In this document: piece by piece, positions 34,690 to 45,244 of the stretch
Layout: each line of letters opens with the position of its first letter
Numbering within the stretch: position 1 is the stretch's first letter
Origin: an uncultured Eubacteriales bacterium
Lineage (GTDB): Bacteria > Bacillota > Clostridia > Christensenellales > UBA1242
DNA length: 64,000 bases
Reading direction: 5' to 3'
Assembly: GCA_949841245.1 (NCBI GenBank)
Contig: CATKYT010000003.1
Span: 1,877 to 65,876 of the forward strand
Position numbers and translations under genes: made by a program
Notes under the pieces: model-generated
Told to the model about the DNA's origin: nothing
The model's database searches: none
The model's input: the letters and a program-made list of their open reading frames with translations, nothing else

Positions 34690-35113
34690 TTATTATGGCA
34701 AGTGACCACAGAGGTTACACATTAAAAGAAGAATTGAAAACATTTTTCAATCAAGAAAACATAATTACAATTGATGTAGGCACTTACAGCAAAGAGCCTG
34801 TTGATTATCCAGATTTTGCCAAACTTGGAATTGATAAAATTTTGAAAGATAAAAACAATGTGGGAATTTTCATTTGCGGAACTGGCAATGGAATGGCTAT
34901 GGCGTGCAACAGAAACTCTAAAATTCGTGCTGCTCTTTGTTTTAATGAAAAAATTGCCATGCTTACTCGAAAAGATAATGATGCCAATGTTTGCTGTTTG
35001 CCAGCAACAACAAAAAAACATAAGGCAATAAAAATAGTTAAAGTTTTTCTTACAACAAGTTTTGAAGGTGGCAGACACGCAAGAAGAATTAAGAAAATTT
35101 CAGGAGATGACAA

Positions 35114-35117
<4 letters not shown>
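34686..35117 (+). CDS. rpiB: Ribose-5-phosphate isomerase B
   Basis: ASDHRGY, ICGTGNGMAMACNR and GGRHARRI motifs. Confidence 0.9.
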
Positions 35118-36915
<1,798 letters not shown>

Positions 36916-36937
36916 AAATTTTTAAAAAGGATAAACA

Positions 36938-37900
36938 ATGAAAAATCAATTAAACAGAGAATTGATAACAGGCTTGGACGAAAGTTCGAATGATGAATTT
37001 TTAACTCGCACAAACGATTTGGTTTATGATATTGTTGCAAGTGCTGTTTCTGACATTTCTTTCAAATCTCCATTTGTAAGACTTGATAAGTGCAGCCTTA
37101 TTCCAGCAAACGAAATAGTTACAGGTGCGGTTTCTCAGTTGTCTGAATACACTTATTTTTTGGGTGTTGATAACACACAAATTGAACTTAATTCCAAAAA
37201 TAAAAAGCATTTTTGGAAATTTATTTGGCGAGAATTTCGTGCATCTTGGAGAATAAGCAACAAAAAGAAATATAAAAAACAAAAGAAAAACACAAATCCA
37301 AATGAAATTCAAATTAAAGAAATTGAAAAATATGGCATTGGTGATTTTAAACATGACCTTATGTTGAAAGTTGCAGATTATTTACAAGAAAGTTCCATTG
37401 TATATGAATTTCCAAGATACATTTCCTTGATTGGAAACGAAGATTTTGGAACTAATGTGAAAGTCAACATTTTTGTTTGTTCATATGATTCTAAACGCAA
37501 TGTTTATAAACTTTTTAAAGAAAATCGAAATAAGTTTTTTGAAGTTGATTTTGGTAAGCGTTTAGAAAACATTGAAGCCAAAATCAAGAGTTGCGGTGGT
37601 GCTTATTTAAGCATGATGAGAATTTTTAACGCTTTATATTCCAAGTCTTACAACAAAATTCCAAATCAGATTTTGCTTGAAAGTTTGATTTACAATTGTC
37701 CTGATGCTCTGTTTAATAATGAAGATGTTTATAAAACATTTATCAATGTGGCAAACTTTATCAGAATGACAATTCCACAAAAGTTTGTTTCTATTTGTGA
37801 TGAAACAAAAAAGATTTTCGATGAACCTTTGATTATTGAAAGTTCTTCACAAATTGATTTTGGAAAAATTATAAACATGCTTGACAGATTTCAATATTAA
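36938..37900 (+). CDS. Hypothetical protein, possibly a degenerate nucleotidyltransferase-fold (SMODS/cGAS-like) protein
   Basis: 320 aa, starting 22 nt after gap with a weak RBS. The C-terminal IPNQILLESLIYNCPDALF resembles the P..hLE.Lhh..P motif of SMODS-type NTases. The expected GS...D.D region (TGAVSQLSEYTYFLGVDNTQIE) is not canonical. A Lys-rich insert KKKYKKQKKN is present. Confidence 0.3.
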   Translation: MKNQLNRELITGLDESSNDEFLTRTNDLVYDIVASAVSDISFKSPFVRLDKCSLIPANEIVTGAVSQLSEYTYFLGVDNTQIELNSKNKKHFWKFIWREFRASWRISNKKKYKKQKKNTNPNEIQIKEIEKYGIGDFKHDLMLKVADYLQESSIVYEFPRYISLIGNEDFGTNVKVNIFVCSYDSKRNVYKLFKENRNKFFEVDFGKRLENIEAKIKSCGGAYLSMMRIFNALYSKSYNKIPNQILLESLIYNCPDALFNNEDVYKTFINVANFIRMTIPQKFVSICDETKKIFDEPLIIESSSQIDFGKIINMLDRFQY

Positions 37901-38134
37901 AAAGTTAAGTTTTTCAAAACGAGTTTCAAAATAACAGCAATTTTTTGCTGTTTTTTTATTCTTTATCACAAAGGGTTTACTGTTTTAATTAAAAATAAGT
38001 CTGAATTAATTGAAAGTAAATAGGACTTTTTTGCAAAATAATTGATCAAATTTAAGCAAAATAACTTGCTTGTTTTAAGTGTATATAGAATAATTTTTCA
38101 AATTTTGCACAGCCTAATTGTAAGGGAGGGACAA

Positions 38135-38344
38135 ATGAAAGAAATTTGGATGGTCGTAGGTTTTGGTGCTGGTCTTGTTGCAGGTGCACTTTTGTATAAG
38201 CATTGTGAAGATGCAAAGAAACTTGTAAACAAAGGCGAAAAAGCCGTTAAACAAGAAGTTGAAAACTTGAAAGAAGTTGTTAAAACTGAAACCAAGAAAA
38301 AGCCTAAACAAACTAAAAATAAAACCGCTTCAAAACAAGCGTAG
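38135..38344 (+). CDS. Small YtxH-like membrane-anchored protein
   Basis: ATG 38135 follows AAGGGAGGGA. It has an N-terminal TM helix IWMVVGFGAGLVAGALLY, then a Lys/Glu-rich helix. A terminator follows at 38355-38382. Confidence 0.6.
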   Translation: MKEIWMVVGFGAGLVAGALLYKHCEDAKKLVNKGEKAVKQEVENLKEVVKTETKKKPKQTKNKTASKQA

Positions 38345-38435
38345 TCAAAATTAAAAGCAAGTCCATATGGGCTTGTTTTTTTGATATTGACTTATCGGCT
38401 AAGGTGTGTTATTATATACTTGAAAGGAAAATAAA

Positions 38436-39152
38436 ATGAATTACAAATTATATGATGAAAGCAATAAAAGTGATGATATATCCACAGAAAGAGATGCAGA
38501 AATCGCAAGATTATTACGAATTGGAGAATATGAAGAATTACAAGCATTTTTAAAAGAAGGAGAAGTTCTCAGACTTGCCAAAGTGGAACTGTTTAAAATA
38601 ATAAATGTTTTTAATTCATCATATCGTCAACCAAACATTCAATTGCTTAATTTAAAAGCGTTGGAAAACGATGGTCTAACCAAACATGAAATTTATGGGG
38701 AAAGTTTGAAATTAAATTTTTTAGGTGCAGAAAGTTTTGTTCACCCAATTAAATTGTTTTTTCAACCTTCGGATGATCAGTTTATAAACAGTTTAAACGA
38801 TTATGATTCTCGTAATAATAAATGCCGTGTCAACAGTTTTAAAATTGCCAACAATTTTGCAGATGAAAGTTCTGTTTTAACAGGTTTTATGTATGGGTAT
38901 TCAAATAAGAACAAATATTTGCATTCTGTTGTAAAAGTCAATGTTGATGGTAAGCAGGGAATTATAGATTCAACAATCAATTCTTTGATGTCAAAAGAAT
39001 TATATGACAAAATTACAGATTTTGAAGTTGTGACTGAAATTCCTTCTTCCACAATAAAAAAAGATTTTGATTTGGTAAAAGGAAAGGAGATTGATTATAA
39101 AAATTATTTTCTTAACAGAGATGAATATATTGAAGAATTGAGAAGTAAATAA
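38436..39152 (+). CDS. Hypothetical protein with a possible transglutaminase-like Cys-His-Asp core
   Basis: 238 aa with RBS GAAAGGAAA. In CRVNSFKIANNF...YLHSVVKVNVDGKQGIIDSTIN, the order and spacing of C...H...D resemble transglutaminase-like peptidase cores. Confidence 0.3.
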   Translation: MNYKLYDESNKSDDISTERDAEIARLLRIGEYEELQAFLKEGEVLRLAKVELFKIINVFNSSYRQPNIQLLNLKALENDGLTKHEIYGESLKLNFLGAESFVHPIKLFFQPSDDQFINSLNDYDSRNNKCRVNSFKIANNFADESSVLTGFMYGYSNKNKYLHSVVKVNVDGKQGIIDSTINSLMSKELYDKITDFEVVTEIPSSTIKKDFDLVKGKEIDYKNYFLNRDEYIEELRSK

Positions 39153-39270
39153 TCAAACTTGTTTCGAAGCACTTTTGCAGACTGATGTAATTTTGAGTTA
39201 TAAAATTTCATAACGATGCACAACAAAAATAAAAAATCAAAAAAGCAAGGCGTTTACCTTGCTTTTTTCA

Positions 39271-39541
39271 TTACTGGGCGGATGCTTCGTCACAATAACA
39301 CCGATTGCCTTACAAATTTTCAACTCCATCAAAGTTTCCTTATGGCACATCAACCGATCTCCTTAATGATGCTTCCGTCAGGACCTGACATGGTTCGAAG
39401 GGGATGATTGCATAAGACCTTAATTTCAACATTAAAAATTTGCACACATCTTCGACATAATTGTGCCTAAGACAACTGTTCGACCTTGCTAAGCGGGTTG
39501 CAAGTTACAGGGCACCGCTAACTCCCCATCTAGCCCAGTAT
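39271..39541 (-). ncRNA. ffs: Signal recognition particle RNA, long Bacillus type (scRNA with Alu domain)
   Basis: The minus-strand sequence ...GGGGAGTTAGCGGTGCCCTGTAACTTGCAACCCGCTTAGCAAGGTCGAA... closely parallels the B. subtilis scRNA 5' domain. The domain IV motif CATGTCAGGTCCTGACGGAAGCATCATTAAG is present. The 5' TACTGGGC pairs with the 3' GCCCAGTA. Length is ~271 nt. A terminator lies at 39240-39268 and a consensus promoter upstream. Confidence 0.9.
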
Positions 39542-39545
39542 TACA

Positions 39546-39574
39546 ATTATAGACATTTAAAAGTGCTTTGTCAA
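39546..39574 (-). promoter_or_regulatory. Consensus sigma-A promoter of the SRP RNA
   Basis: On the minus strand: TTGACA (39574-39569), 17 nt spacer, TATAAT (39551-39546). The predicted start coincides with the RNA 5' end. Confidence 0.75.
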
Positions 39575-39644
39575 GCGTAATAAGAAAAAAGTGAGTCTTG
39601 CTTTTAAACTCTCGACAAAAAAGAACATTATCTGTCGCGATTTT

Positions 39645-39675
39645 TCATTGTAGGCAAAAAGTGCGTTCATACAAT
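39645..39675 (+). promoter_or_regulatory. Putative sigma-E-type promoter of the spoIIIA operon
   Basis: -10 CATACAAT (39668-39675) matches the sigma-E consensus CATACA-T. TCATTG lies 17 nt upstream. spoIIIA is sigma-E dependent in B. subtilis. Confidence 0.5.
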
Positions 39676-39694
39676 ACCTTAAAAGGAGAATGCT

Positions 39695-40591
39695 ATGCTG
39701 GAAAAAGTTTTGCCTGATAAGTTCCACAAAATTTTAAATGAAAAAGTCAACATGAAAGCCGTGAATGAAATTCGTTTGCGTGTGGACAAACCTGTGGTTG
39801 TCAATGTCAGTGGAAGAAATTATTTTCTTGGCGAAAATGGAGTGACATCAAGTATAACCAACAGTTTATACGCCAGCAAAATTATTGTAGAAGATGTAAT
39901 ATTTCGAGCAAGTGAATGTTCCATATATTCGGTTAACGAACAAATAAAAAGGGGCTTTATTGTAACTGATGAAGCGGTAAGAATTGGAATTGGTGGAAAT
40001 TTGATTGAAGAAAATGGTCACATCAAAACCATGAATAATTTTTGTTCTTGTAATATAAGGGTGCCACATGTTGTTAAAAACTGTTCTCTTTCTGCTTATG
40101 CTTATATTGTGCATGATGACACTGTTGAAAACACTTTGGTGGTTTCTCCGCCTGCTTGTGGAAAGACGACATTTCTGCGCGATTTTGCTTACCAGTTGTC
40201 GCAACGAAATTTATCTTATAATGTCTTGCTTTTGGATGAGCGTGGCGAACTTGATTGTGGAGTAAATTCCAATTTCACTGACAAAATTGCTTTTGCTACA
40301 AAAAAGATTGGTTTTGAAAATGGCATTCGTTCACTTTCGCCAGACATTATTATTACAGATGAAATTGGGCAGGAAGAAGATGTTGAAGCAATTATGTATG
40401 CCAGTTCTTGTGGGGTCAAAGTTATGGCTTCAGTGCATTCTGACAGCATTGAAACACTTTCTAAAAAAGCCATTTTTTCACAAATTTTAAAAGATAAAAT
40501 CTTTAAGCGATTTGTGGTGTTGTCTAAACGGAATGGACCAGGGACTTTTGAAGGTGTTTACAATGAAAATTTTTCCAGAATTTATCGTTAA
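39695..40591 (+). CDS. spoIIIAA: Stage III sporulation protein AA (ATPase)
   Basis: Walker A SPPACGKTT and Walker B IIITDEIG. It is the first gene of an eight-gene operon of canonical sizes. Confidence 0.9.
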   Translation: MLEKVLPDKFHKILNEKVNMKAVNEIRLRVDKPVVVNVSGRNYFLGENGVTSSITNSLYASKIIVEDVIFRASECSIYSVNEQIKRGFIVTDEAVRIGIGGNLIEENGHIKTMNNFCSCNIRVPHVVKNCSLSAYAYIVHDDTVENTLVVSPPACGKTTFLRDFAYQLSQRNLSYNVLLLDERGELDCGVNSNFTDKIAFATKKIGFENGIRSLSPDIIITDEIGQEEDVEAIMYASSCGVKVMASVHSDSIETLSKKAIFSQILKDKIFKRFVVLSKRNGPGTFEGVYNENFSRIYR

Positions 40592-40600
40592 GGAGTTTTT

Positions 40601-41095
40601 ATGAAATATGTTTTAATTTTAATCATTTTTGGTTTATGCACTTTTGTTGGTTATCTGTTTTCATTGAAATATTTAAGACGCAAAAAGTTTTTTAATTCGC
40701 TTATTGCTTTTGCAGATAAGTTGTCTTTAGAAATAAATTTTTCAAGAGAAAGGCTTAAAATTTTGATTATGAATTTTGATGAAAACAACAAAAAAAATCT
40801 GTTGGATATTGACAAGAAGTTTGTGGACTTTCTTGACAAAAAATGTGAACTTAATGAAGAAGAAGTTTTCAAAAAAGCAAACATTCTTACTGCCGAAGAA
40901 AAAAATATGGTATTTATGTTTTTAAAAACTTTGGGGCGAAGTGATGTGGAAAACCAAACAAAAGAAATTCAAAATTTTTTAACTCGCTTTCAAGATTTGA
41001 AAAACAAATGTGATGAAGAACAAAAAAAGTATGGTTCACTTTCTCTTAAACTTGGAATTGTTGTTGGCTTGTTTTGTGCAATCATAATGTTTTAG
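40601..41095 (+). CDS. spoIIIAB: Stage III sporulation protein AB
   Basis: 164 aa with N- and C-terminal TM helices. Position and size match SpoIIIAB. Confidence 0.8.
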   Translation: MKYVLILIIFGLCTFVGYLFSLKYLRRKKFFNSLIAFADKLSLEINFSRERLKILIMNFDENNKKNLLDIDKKFVDFLDKKCELNEEEVFKKANILTAEEKNMVFMFLKTLGRSDVENQTKEIQNFLTRFQDLKNKCDEEQKKYGSLSLKLGIVVGLFCAIIMF

Positions 41096-41104
41096 GGGTG
41101 GCTT

Positions 41105-41299
41105 ATGAACATTGACATCATTTTTAAAATTGCCGCGGTTGGCATATTGACGGCTGTGGTGGGACAAATTTTGAAGAACAGCGGAAAAGAAGATATTTCC
41201 ACTTTGGCAACACTTGCTGGTGTGATTATTGTGCTTTTTATGGTGCTTGGAATGATTTCCGAACTGTTTACTTCAATAAGGGGAATGTTTAATTTTTAA
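41105..41299 (+). CDS. spoIIIAC: Stage III sporulation protein AC
   Basis: 64 aa with two TM helices. IFKIAAVGILTAVVGQILKNSGKEDI matches the SpoIIIAC pattern. Confidence 0.85.
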   Translation: MNIDIIFKIAAVGILTAVVGQILKNSGKEDISTLATLAGVIIVLFMVLGMISELFTSIRGMFNF

Positions 41300-41314
41300 A
41301 ACAGGAGGTGGCTG

Positions 41315-41707
41315 GTGGATACTCTATACAAGATTTTGGCTGTGGCAATCGTCACTTGCATAGCGTGTCTTATTGTCAAGCCTGTTCGAAGTGATTTTGC
41401 AATTTTGATTTCCATTGTGGGTGGAATTATCATCATCTTTTATGCACTTTCTTACTTGTCATCTATCTTTAATGTTTTTAACAACATTTTTCACATAACA
41501 AATGTTAATGCGTCTTTATATGCGGTTATTTTAAAGATTATCGGAATTGGCTATCTAACCGAGTTCACAGCAGGTATTTGCAATGACACAGGCAATGGTG
41601 GTCTTGCTGATAAAGTTTTACTTGGCGGCAAAATTGTAATTTTGGTTATGGCACTTCCAATTGTAACCAGCATTTTAAACATCGTAATGGAGTTGTTGCC
41701 GTTATGA
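41315..41707 (+). CDS. spoIIIAD: Stage III sporulation protein AD
   Basis: GTG start 6 nt after AGGAGG. The 130 aa are hydrophobic and paralogous in style to AC (IIGIGYLTEFTAGICNDTGNGGLA). Confidence 0.85.
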   Translation: MDTLYKILAVAIVTCIACLIVKPVRSDFAILISIVGGIIIIFYALSYLSSIFNVFNNIFHITNVNASLYAVILKIIGIGYLTEFTAGICNDTGNGGLADKVLLGGKIVILVMALPIVTSILNIVMELLPL

Positions 41708-42939
41708 AAAAAGAAAAGAAAAAACGAAAAATATGGGTCTATGTTTTAATTGCAATGATTTTTGTTTCTTGTTTTTATGGCAGATTTGACATATGCAAAG
41801 GTTTTGTTGTGAATGTGGCTTATGCAGAAACAGAACAGGAATCCATTGAAACACAACTTCAAGACGAAATTACAGACCAATTAAGCAAACTTGATTTGGC
41901 AGAAGTGGAACAGGTGGTTGACCGGCTTTCTGCCGATGCAAAAAAACTTTTTTCTTCAAATTCATTTGGGGAGAAAGTGGTAAACATTATTACAGGAAAT
42001 TATGAAGAAAGTTCGGAAAGTTTCTTTTCAGCGATTTCAGCGATTTTTCTGGGTGGAATAAAAAATTATCTTCCACTTATTGCCAGCATTATAGCGGTGG
42101 CAATTTTGGGTGGAATGGTGGCAAGTTTAAAGCCGTCTGTCAGTGGAAAATCAATAGGAAACATTGTTCATTTTGTTACTTATGGGGTTGTCTTGATTTT
42201 CTTGGGAACATCCATCGTTGAAATTATAAAAGCTACTACAACAACTTTGACCACTGTTAAAGGAATTTTTGACGGCATTTTTCCTGTTCTTTTGACACTT
42301 CTTACAGCAGTTGGTGGAACGGTTTCAGTTGGAATTTATCAGCCTGCTATTGCACTTTTGAGTAATGTTGTTATTTCTTTCATAACTTATATTTTGCTTC
42401 CACTTTTCATATTCTCAATGGTCTTTTCCATTGTCGGCAATCTTTCCACAAATGTCAATCTGGGGCATTTTGTTTCGTTCTTGCAAGGTGCTTTTAAGTG
42501 GATGATTGGTTTGTGTTTCACAATTTTCTTAGGGTTTGTCAGCATTCAGGGTGTAATGGCTGGCGCGGTTGATGGATTGTCAATCAGAACTGCTAAATAT
42601 GCCATTAAAAGTTACATTCCAATTGTTGGTGGTTATGTTTCGGATGGCATGTCCATCATTTTGGCAAGCAGTATGCTTATCAAAAATGCCATTGGGGGAG
42701 TTGGGCTTTTACTTCTGTTCATTACAGTGGTATCGCCAGCAATCAATTTGATTGTTTTCATGTTGTCACTGAAATTCATGGCTGGGATTATTGAGCCGAT
42801 TGGTGATAAGAAAATTGCCAATTTCATAAGTGAAATTTCTAAAAGTCTTTCGCTTTTGATTGCTCTTTTGGTGGCGGTTTCATTTATGTATTTGGTTTTA
42901 ACTGGGCTTATTATGTGCAGTGCAAATTTGGTTGTTTAA
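41704..42939 (+). CDS. spoIIIAE: Stage III sporulation protein AE
   Basis: 411 aa: signal/TM helix, an extracytoplasmic segment, then a polytopic membrane domain. ATGA coupling to AD. Confidence 0.85.
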   Translation: MKKEKKKRKIWVYVLIAMIFVSCFYGRFDICKGFVVNVAYAETEQESIETQLQDEITDQLSKLDLAEVEQVVDRLSADAKKLFSSNSFGEKVVNIITGNYEESSESFFSAISAIFLGGIKNYLPLIASIIAVAILGGMVASLKPSVSGKSIGNIVHFVTYGVVLIFLGTSIVEIIKATTTTLTTVKGIFDGIFPVLLTLLTAVGGTVSVGIYQPAIALLSNVVISFITYILLPLFIFSMVFSIVGNLSTNVNLGHFVSFLQGAFKWMIGLCFTIFLGFVSIQGVMAGAVDGLSIRTAKYAIKSYIPIVGGYVSDGMSIILASSMLIKNAIGGVGLLLLFITVVSPAINLIVFMLSLKFMAGIIEPIGDKKIANFISEISKSLSLLIALLVAVSFMYLVLTGLIMCSANLVV

Positions 42940-42952
42940 AAGGAGAAAAAGT

Positions 42953-43453
42953 GTGAGTGCAGTTTCTGGGTGGCTTTTGTCAATCACTGGTGTAATTCTT
43001 TTAAGCGTGCTTGCTGAGTTTATTTTGCCAGAAGGTCAGATTAACAAATATATTAAAGTGATTTTTTCTTTCATAATTTTGCTTGTGGTTATCATGCCAA
43101 TTCCAAAACTTTTTGGCAAAGGTTTTGACATTTCAAAATTTTTTGGCAACGAGTCAATTTTGCAAGAAGATTATCTTTATCAACTTAATGCCGACAAACT
43201 GACAGCCATAAATTCTGAATTGGCAGAAAAAATTCAGCAGGCGGGTTTAAGGAATGTTGAAGTTTCCATAAATGCAAATGTGCTGGAAAAAGATATGGAA
43301 ATTTTTGGAGTTTATGTCGATTTATGCGATATTGAATATGCTGAAAATTTTGGCAGTAAAGATATTACAAAAGCCAAAGCAAAAATTAAGGAAATTATAA
43401 AAGGCGTTTCGCTTTTGGAAAATGTGGAGGTAAGTTTTAATGAGTTTAAATAA
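42953..43453 (+). CDS. spoIIIAF: Stage III sporulation protein AF
   Basis: GTG 42953 lies 5 nt after AAGGAG. The N-terminus SGWLLSITGVILLSVLAEFILPEG parallels B. subtilis SpoIIIAF (EWLTTIVLFILFAIVIDMLLP). Confidence 0.8.
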   Translation: MSAVSGWLLSITGVILLSVLAEFILPEGQINKYIKVIFSFIILLVVIMPIPKLFGKGFDISKFFGNESILQEDYLYQLNADKLTAINSELAEKIQQAGLRNVEVSINANVLEKDMEIFGVYVDLCDIEYAENFGSKDITKAKAKIKEIIKGVSLLENVEVSFNEFK

Positions 43454-43961
43454 AATTTGGTCAAAGTTGAAAAGTGTAAAACATATTGAAATAATTATTG
43501 CTGTTGTAATTGCACTTTTGGTGTGTCTAATTTATTTTTCTTTCTTTGGTTCGGCAAAAAAAAGTGACGACAAAATAAGTCAAAATCCGACACAAGAATT
43601 TTCCACTATTACGGAATATGTGGACATGCTTGAAAATAAATTATGTAATGTATTGTCAAAGATTTCTGGTGTCGGAAATGTCAATGTCATTCTTACTGTT
43701 GAAAGCGGATTCTCTTACGAATATGCAACAGACACTGAAACCAAGACAACAGTGTCGGGTTCAACGGAAACAACAATTACAACACAGACCATCATTTTGG
43801 TTTCTGGTGAACCGTTGATTTCCAAAGAAATCTATCCAACAATAAAGGGGGTGGTAGTGGTTGCCGAAGGCGCAGAGAATATTGCAGTTAAACTTAACAT
43901 TTTGACTGCGGTTGAGACAGTGTTAGATGTTGACGAAAACAATATCACAATTTTAGCATAA
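43440..43961 (+). CDS. spoIIIAG: Stage III sporulation protein AG
   Basis: N-terminal TM helix. The C-terminal IKGVVVVAEGAENIAVKLNILTAVETVLDV matches the SpoIIIAG ring-forming domain. Confidence 0.88.
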   Translation: MSLNKIWSKLKSVKHIEIIIAVVIALLVCLIYFSFFGSAKKSDDKISQNPTQEFSTITEYVDMLENKLCNVLSKISGVGNVNVILTVESGFSYEYATDTETKTTVSGSTETTITTQTIILVSGEPLISKEIYPTIKGVVVVAEGAENIAVKLNILTAVETVLDVDENNITILA

Positions 43962-43974
43962 AAGGAGAATTTAT

Positions 43975-44439
43975 ATGAAAAAAAGAACAAAAATTATAAT
44001 ACTTTCACTTATGGTTGTTTTGCTTGGTGTGACAGGTTGGCTTAATATTGCGCTCAACAATTCTGCAACTGAGACAAACACACAAGTTACCAATTCAAGT
44101 TATTTTGCAACTTACAGAAGTGACAGACAAAGCACTCGTGACCAAGAAATTTTATATTATGATGCCATCATCGACAATGGCGACCCAACAGATGCAGCAG
44201 TAATTTCAGCAAAGGCTGCAAAACTTGAACTTATTTCAAACATGGAAAAAGAACTTGCAGTTGAAGGACTTATTAAAGCACAAGGTTTTGAAGATTGCGT
44301 TATTTCACTTACAGGCTCAAAAATCAATGTAGTTGTTAAGGCAGCAGAACTTTCTGAAACAGAAGTTGCACAAATTTCTTCAATTGTTACTGAACAACTT
44401 AAAGTTGCTTTAAAAAATATTGTTATAATTCCAGCGTAA
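43975..44439 (+). CDS. spoIIIAH: Stage III sporulation protein AH
   Basis: N-terminal TM helix, SYFATYRSDRQSTRDQEI (the YFA..RL.REQ.R-type motif), and its position as the last gene of the operon. Confidence 0.8.
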   Translation: MKKRTKIIILSLMVVLLGVTGWLNIALNNSATETNTQVTNSSYFATYRSDRQSTRDQEILYYDAIIDNGDPTDAAVISAKAAKLELISNMEKELAVEGLIKAQGFEDCVISLTGSKINVVVKAAELSETEVAQISSIVTEQLKVALKNIVIIPA

Positions 44440-44500
44440 TAAGTTGCAAAAAGTAAATCACATATGATAAAATGTATTTGTATTAACATAAGGAGAAGTT

Positions 44501-44869
44501 ATGGCAGTGAAAAATCAAGACACAAACAGTGGAAAAATAACTTTGGACAGAAAAATTTTGGTGTCCATCATCAATTTGGCGGCAAAAGAAATTAATGGCG
44601 TTAAAAGTGTTACAAATTCTGCTAGGCCGTGGATTAAGCGTCTTTTCAACCGCTATGACGATGGTGTTGAAATTAAATTTGAAAAAAACGGAGCATTGAC
44701 AATTGATGTTTACATCAACATCTTTGTGGGTTACAGTGTGCCAGACATTGCATACAGAGTTCAAGAAAATATTCGCAATTCTTTGGCAACAATGGTGGCA
44801 CTTAAACCGCTTAAAATCAACATTCATGTAATTAATGTTGATTGTGATCAAGAGGTGTCAAATGCGTAA
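44501..44869 (+). CDS. Asp23/Gls24-family (alkaline shock) protein
   Basis: GKITLDRKILVSIINLAAKEINGV and a typical Asp23 layout. It lies upstream of nusB, as yqhY does in Bacillus. Confidence 0.8.
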   Translation: MAVKNQDTNSGKITLDRKILVSIINLAAKEINGVKSVTNSARPWIKRLFNRYDDGVEIKFEKNGALTIDVYINIFVGYSVPDIAYRVQENIRNSLATMVALKPLKINIHVINVDCDQEVSNA

Positions 44870-45242
44870 TGATGCTCGCGAAAACGCTTTTAAATTAATT
44901 TTTGAAGGTTTGTTTCATGATTGCGATTTAGAACTTTCTAAGGAAAGTTTGACAGAACTTAAAAAAGATGAAGATGAAAAATTCTTTCAACAAATAATGC
45001 AAGAATTTAACAGCCATCAAGAAGAAATTAAAGAGAAAATTGAAAGCCATTTAAAGAATTTTGAATATTCAAGGCTTTTCAAAATTGATTTAGCGCTTGT
45101 AAATTTGTGTTTAACAGAAGTTTTATATTGTGGCACACCTAAGGCAGTTGCAATGAATGAAACAATTGAACTTTCCAAAAAATACAGTACAGAAAAATCA
45201 TCCAAATTTATTAATGGTTTGATTTCTGCCATTTTAAACTGA
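44862..45242 (+). CDS. nusB: Transcription antitermination factor NusB
   Basis: ATG 44862 follows AGAGGTG. MRNDARENAFKLIFE N-terminus and FINGLISAIL near the C-terminus. Confidence 0.85.
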   Translation: MRNDARENAFKLIFEGLFHDCDLELSKESLTELKKDEDEKFFQQIMQEFNSHQEEIKEKIESHLKNFEYSRLFKIDLALVNLCLTEVLYCGTPKAVAMNETIELSKKYSTEKSSKFINGLISAILN

Positions 45243-45244
45243 TT

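Noticed and set aside
39216-39407. 63-aa + strand ORF in the track
   Set aside because: It lies antisense within the SRP RNA gene and its terminator. It has no RBS and its sequence is arbitrary, so the RNA call explains the region.
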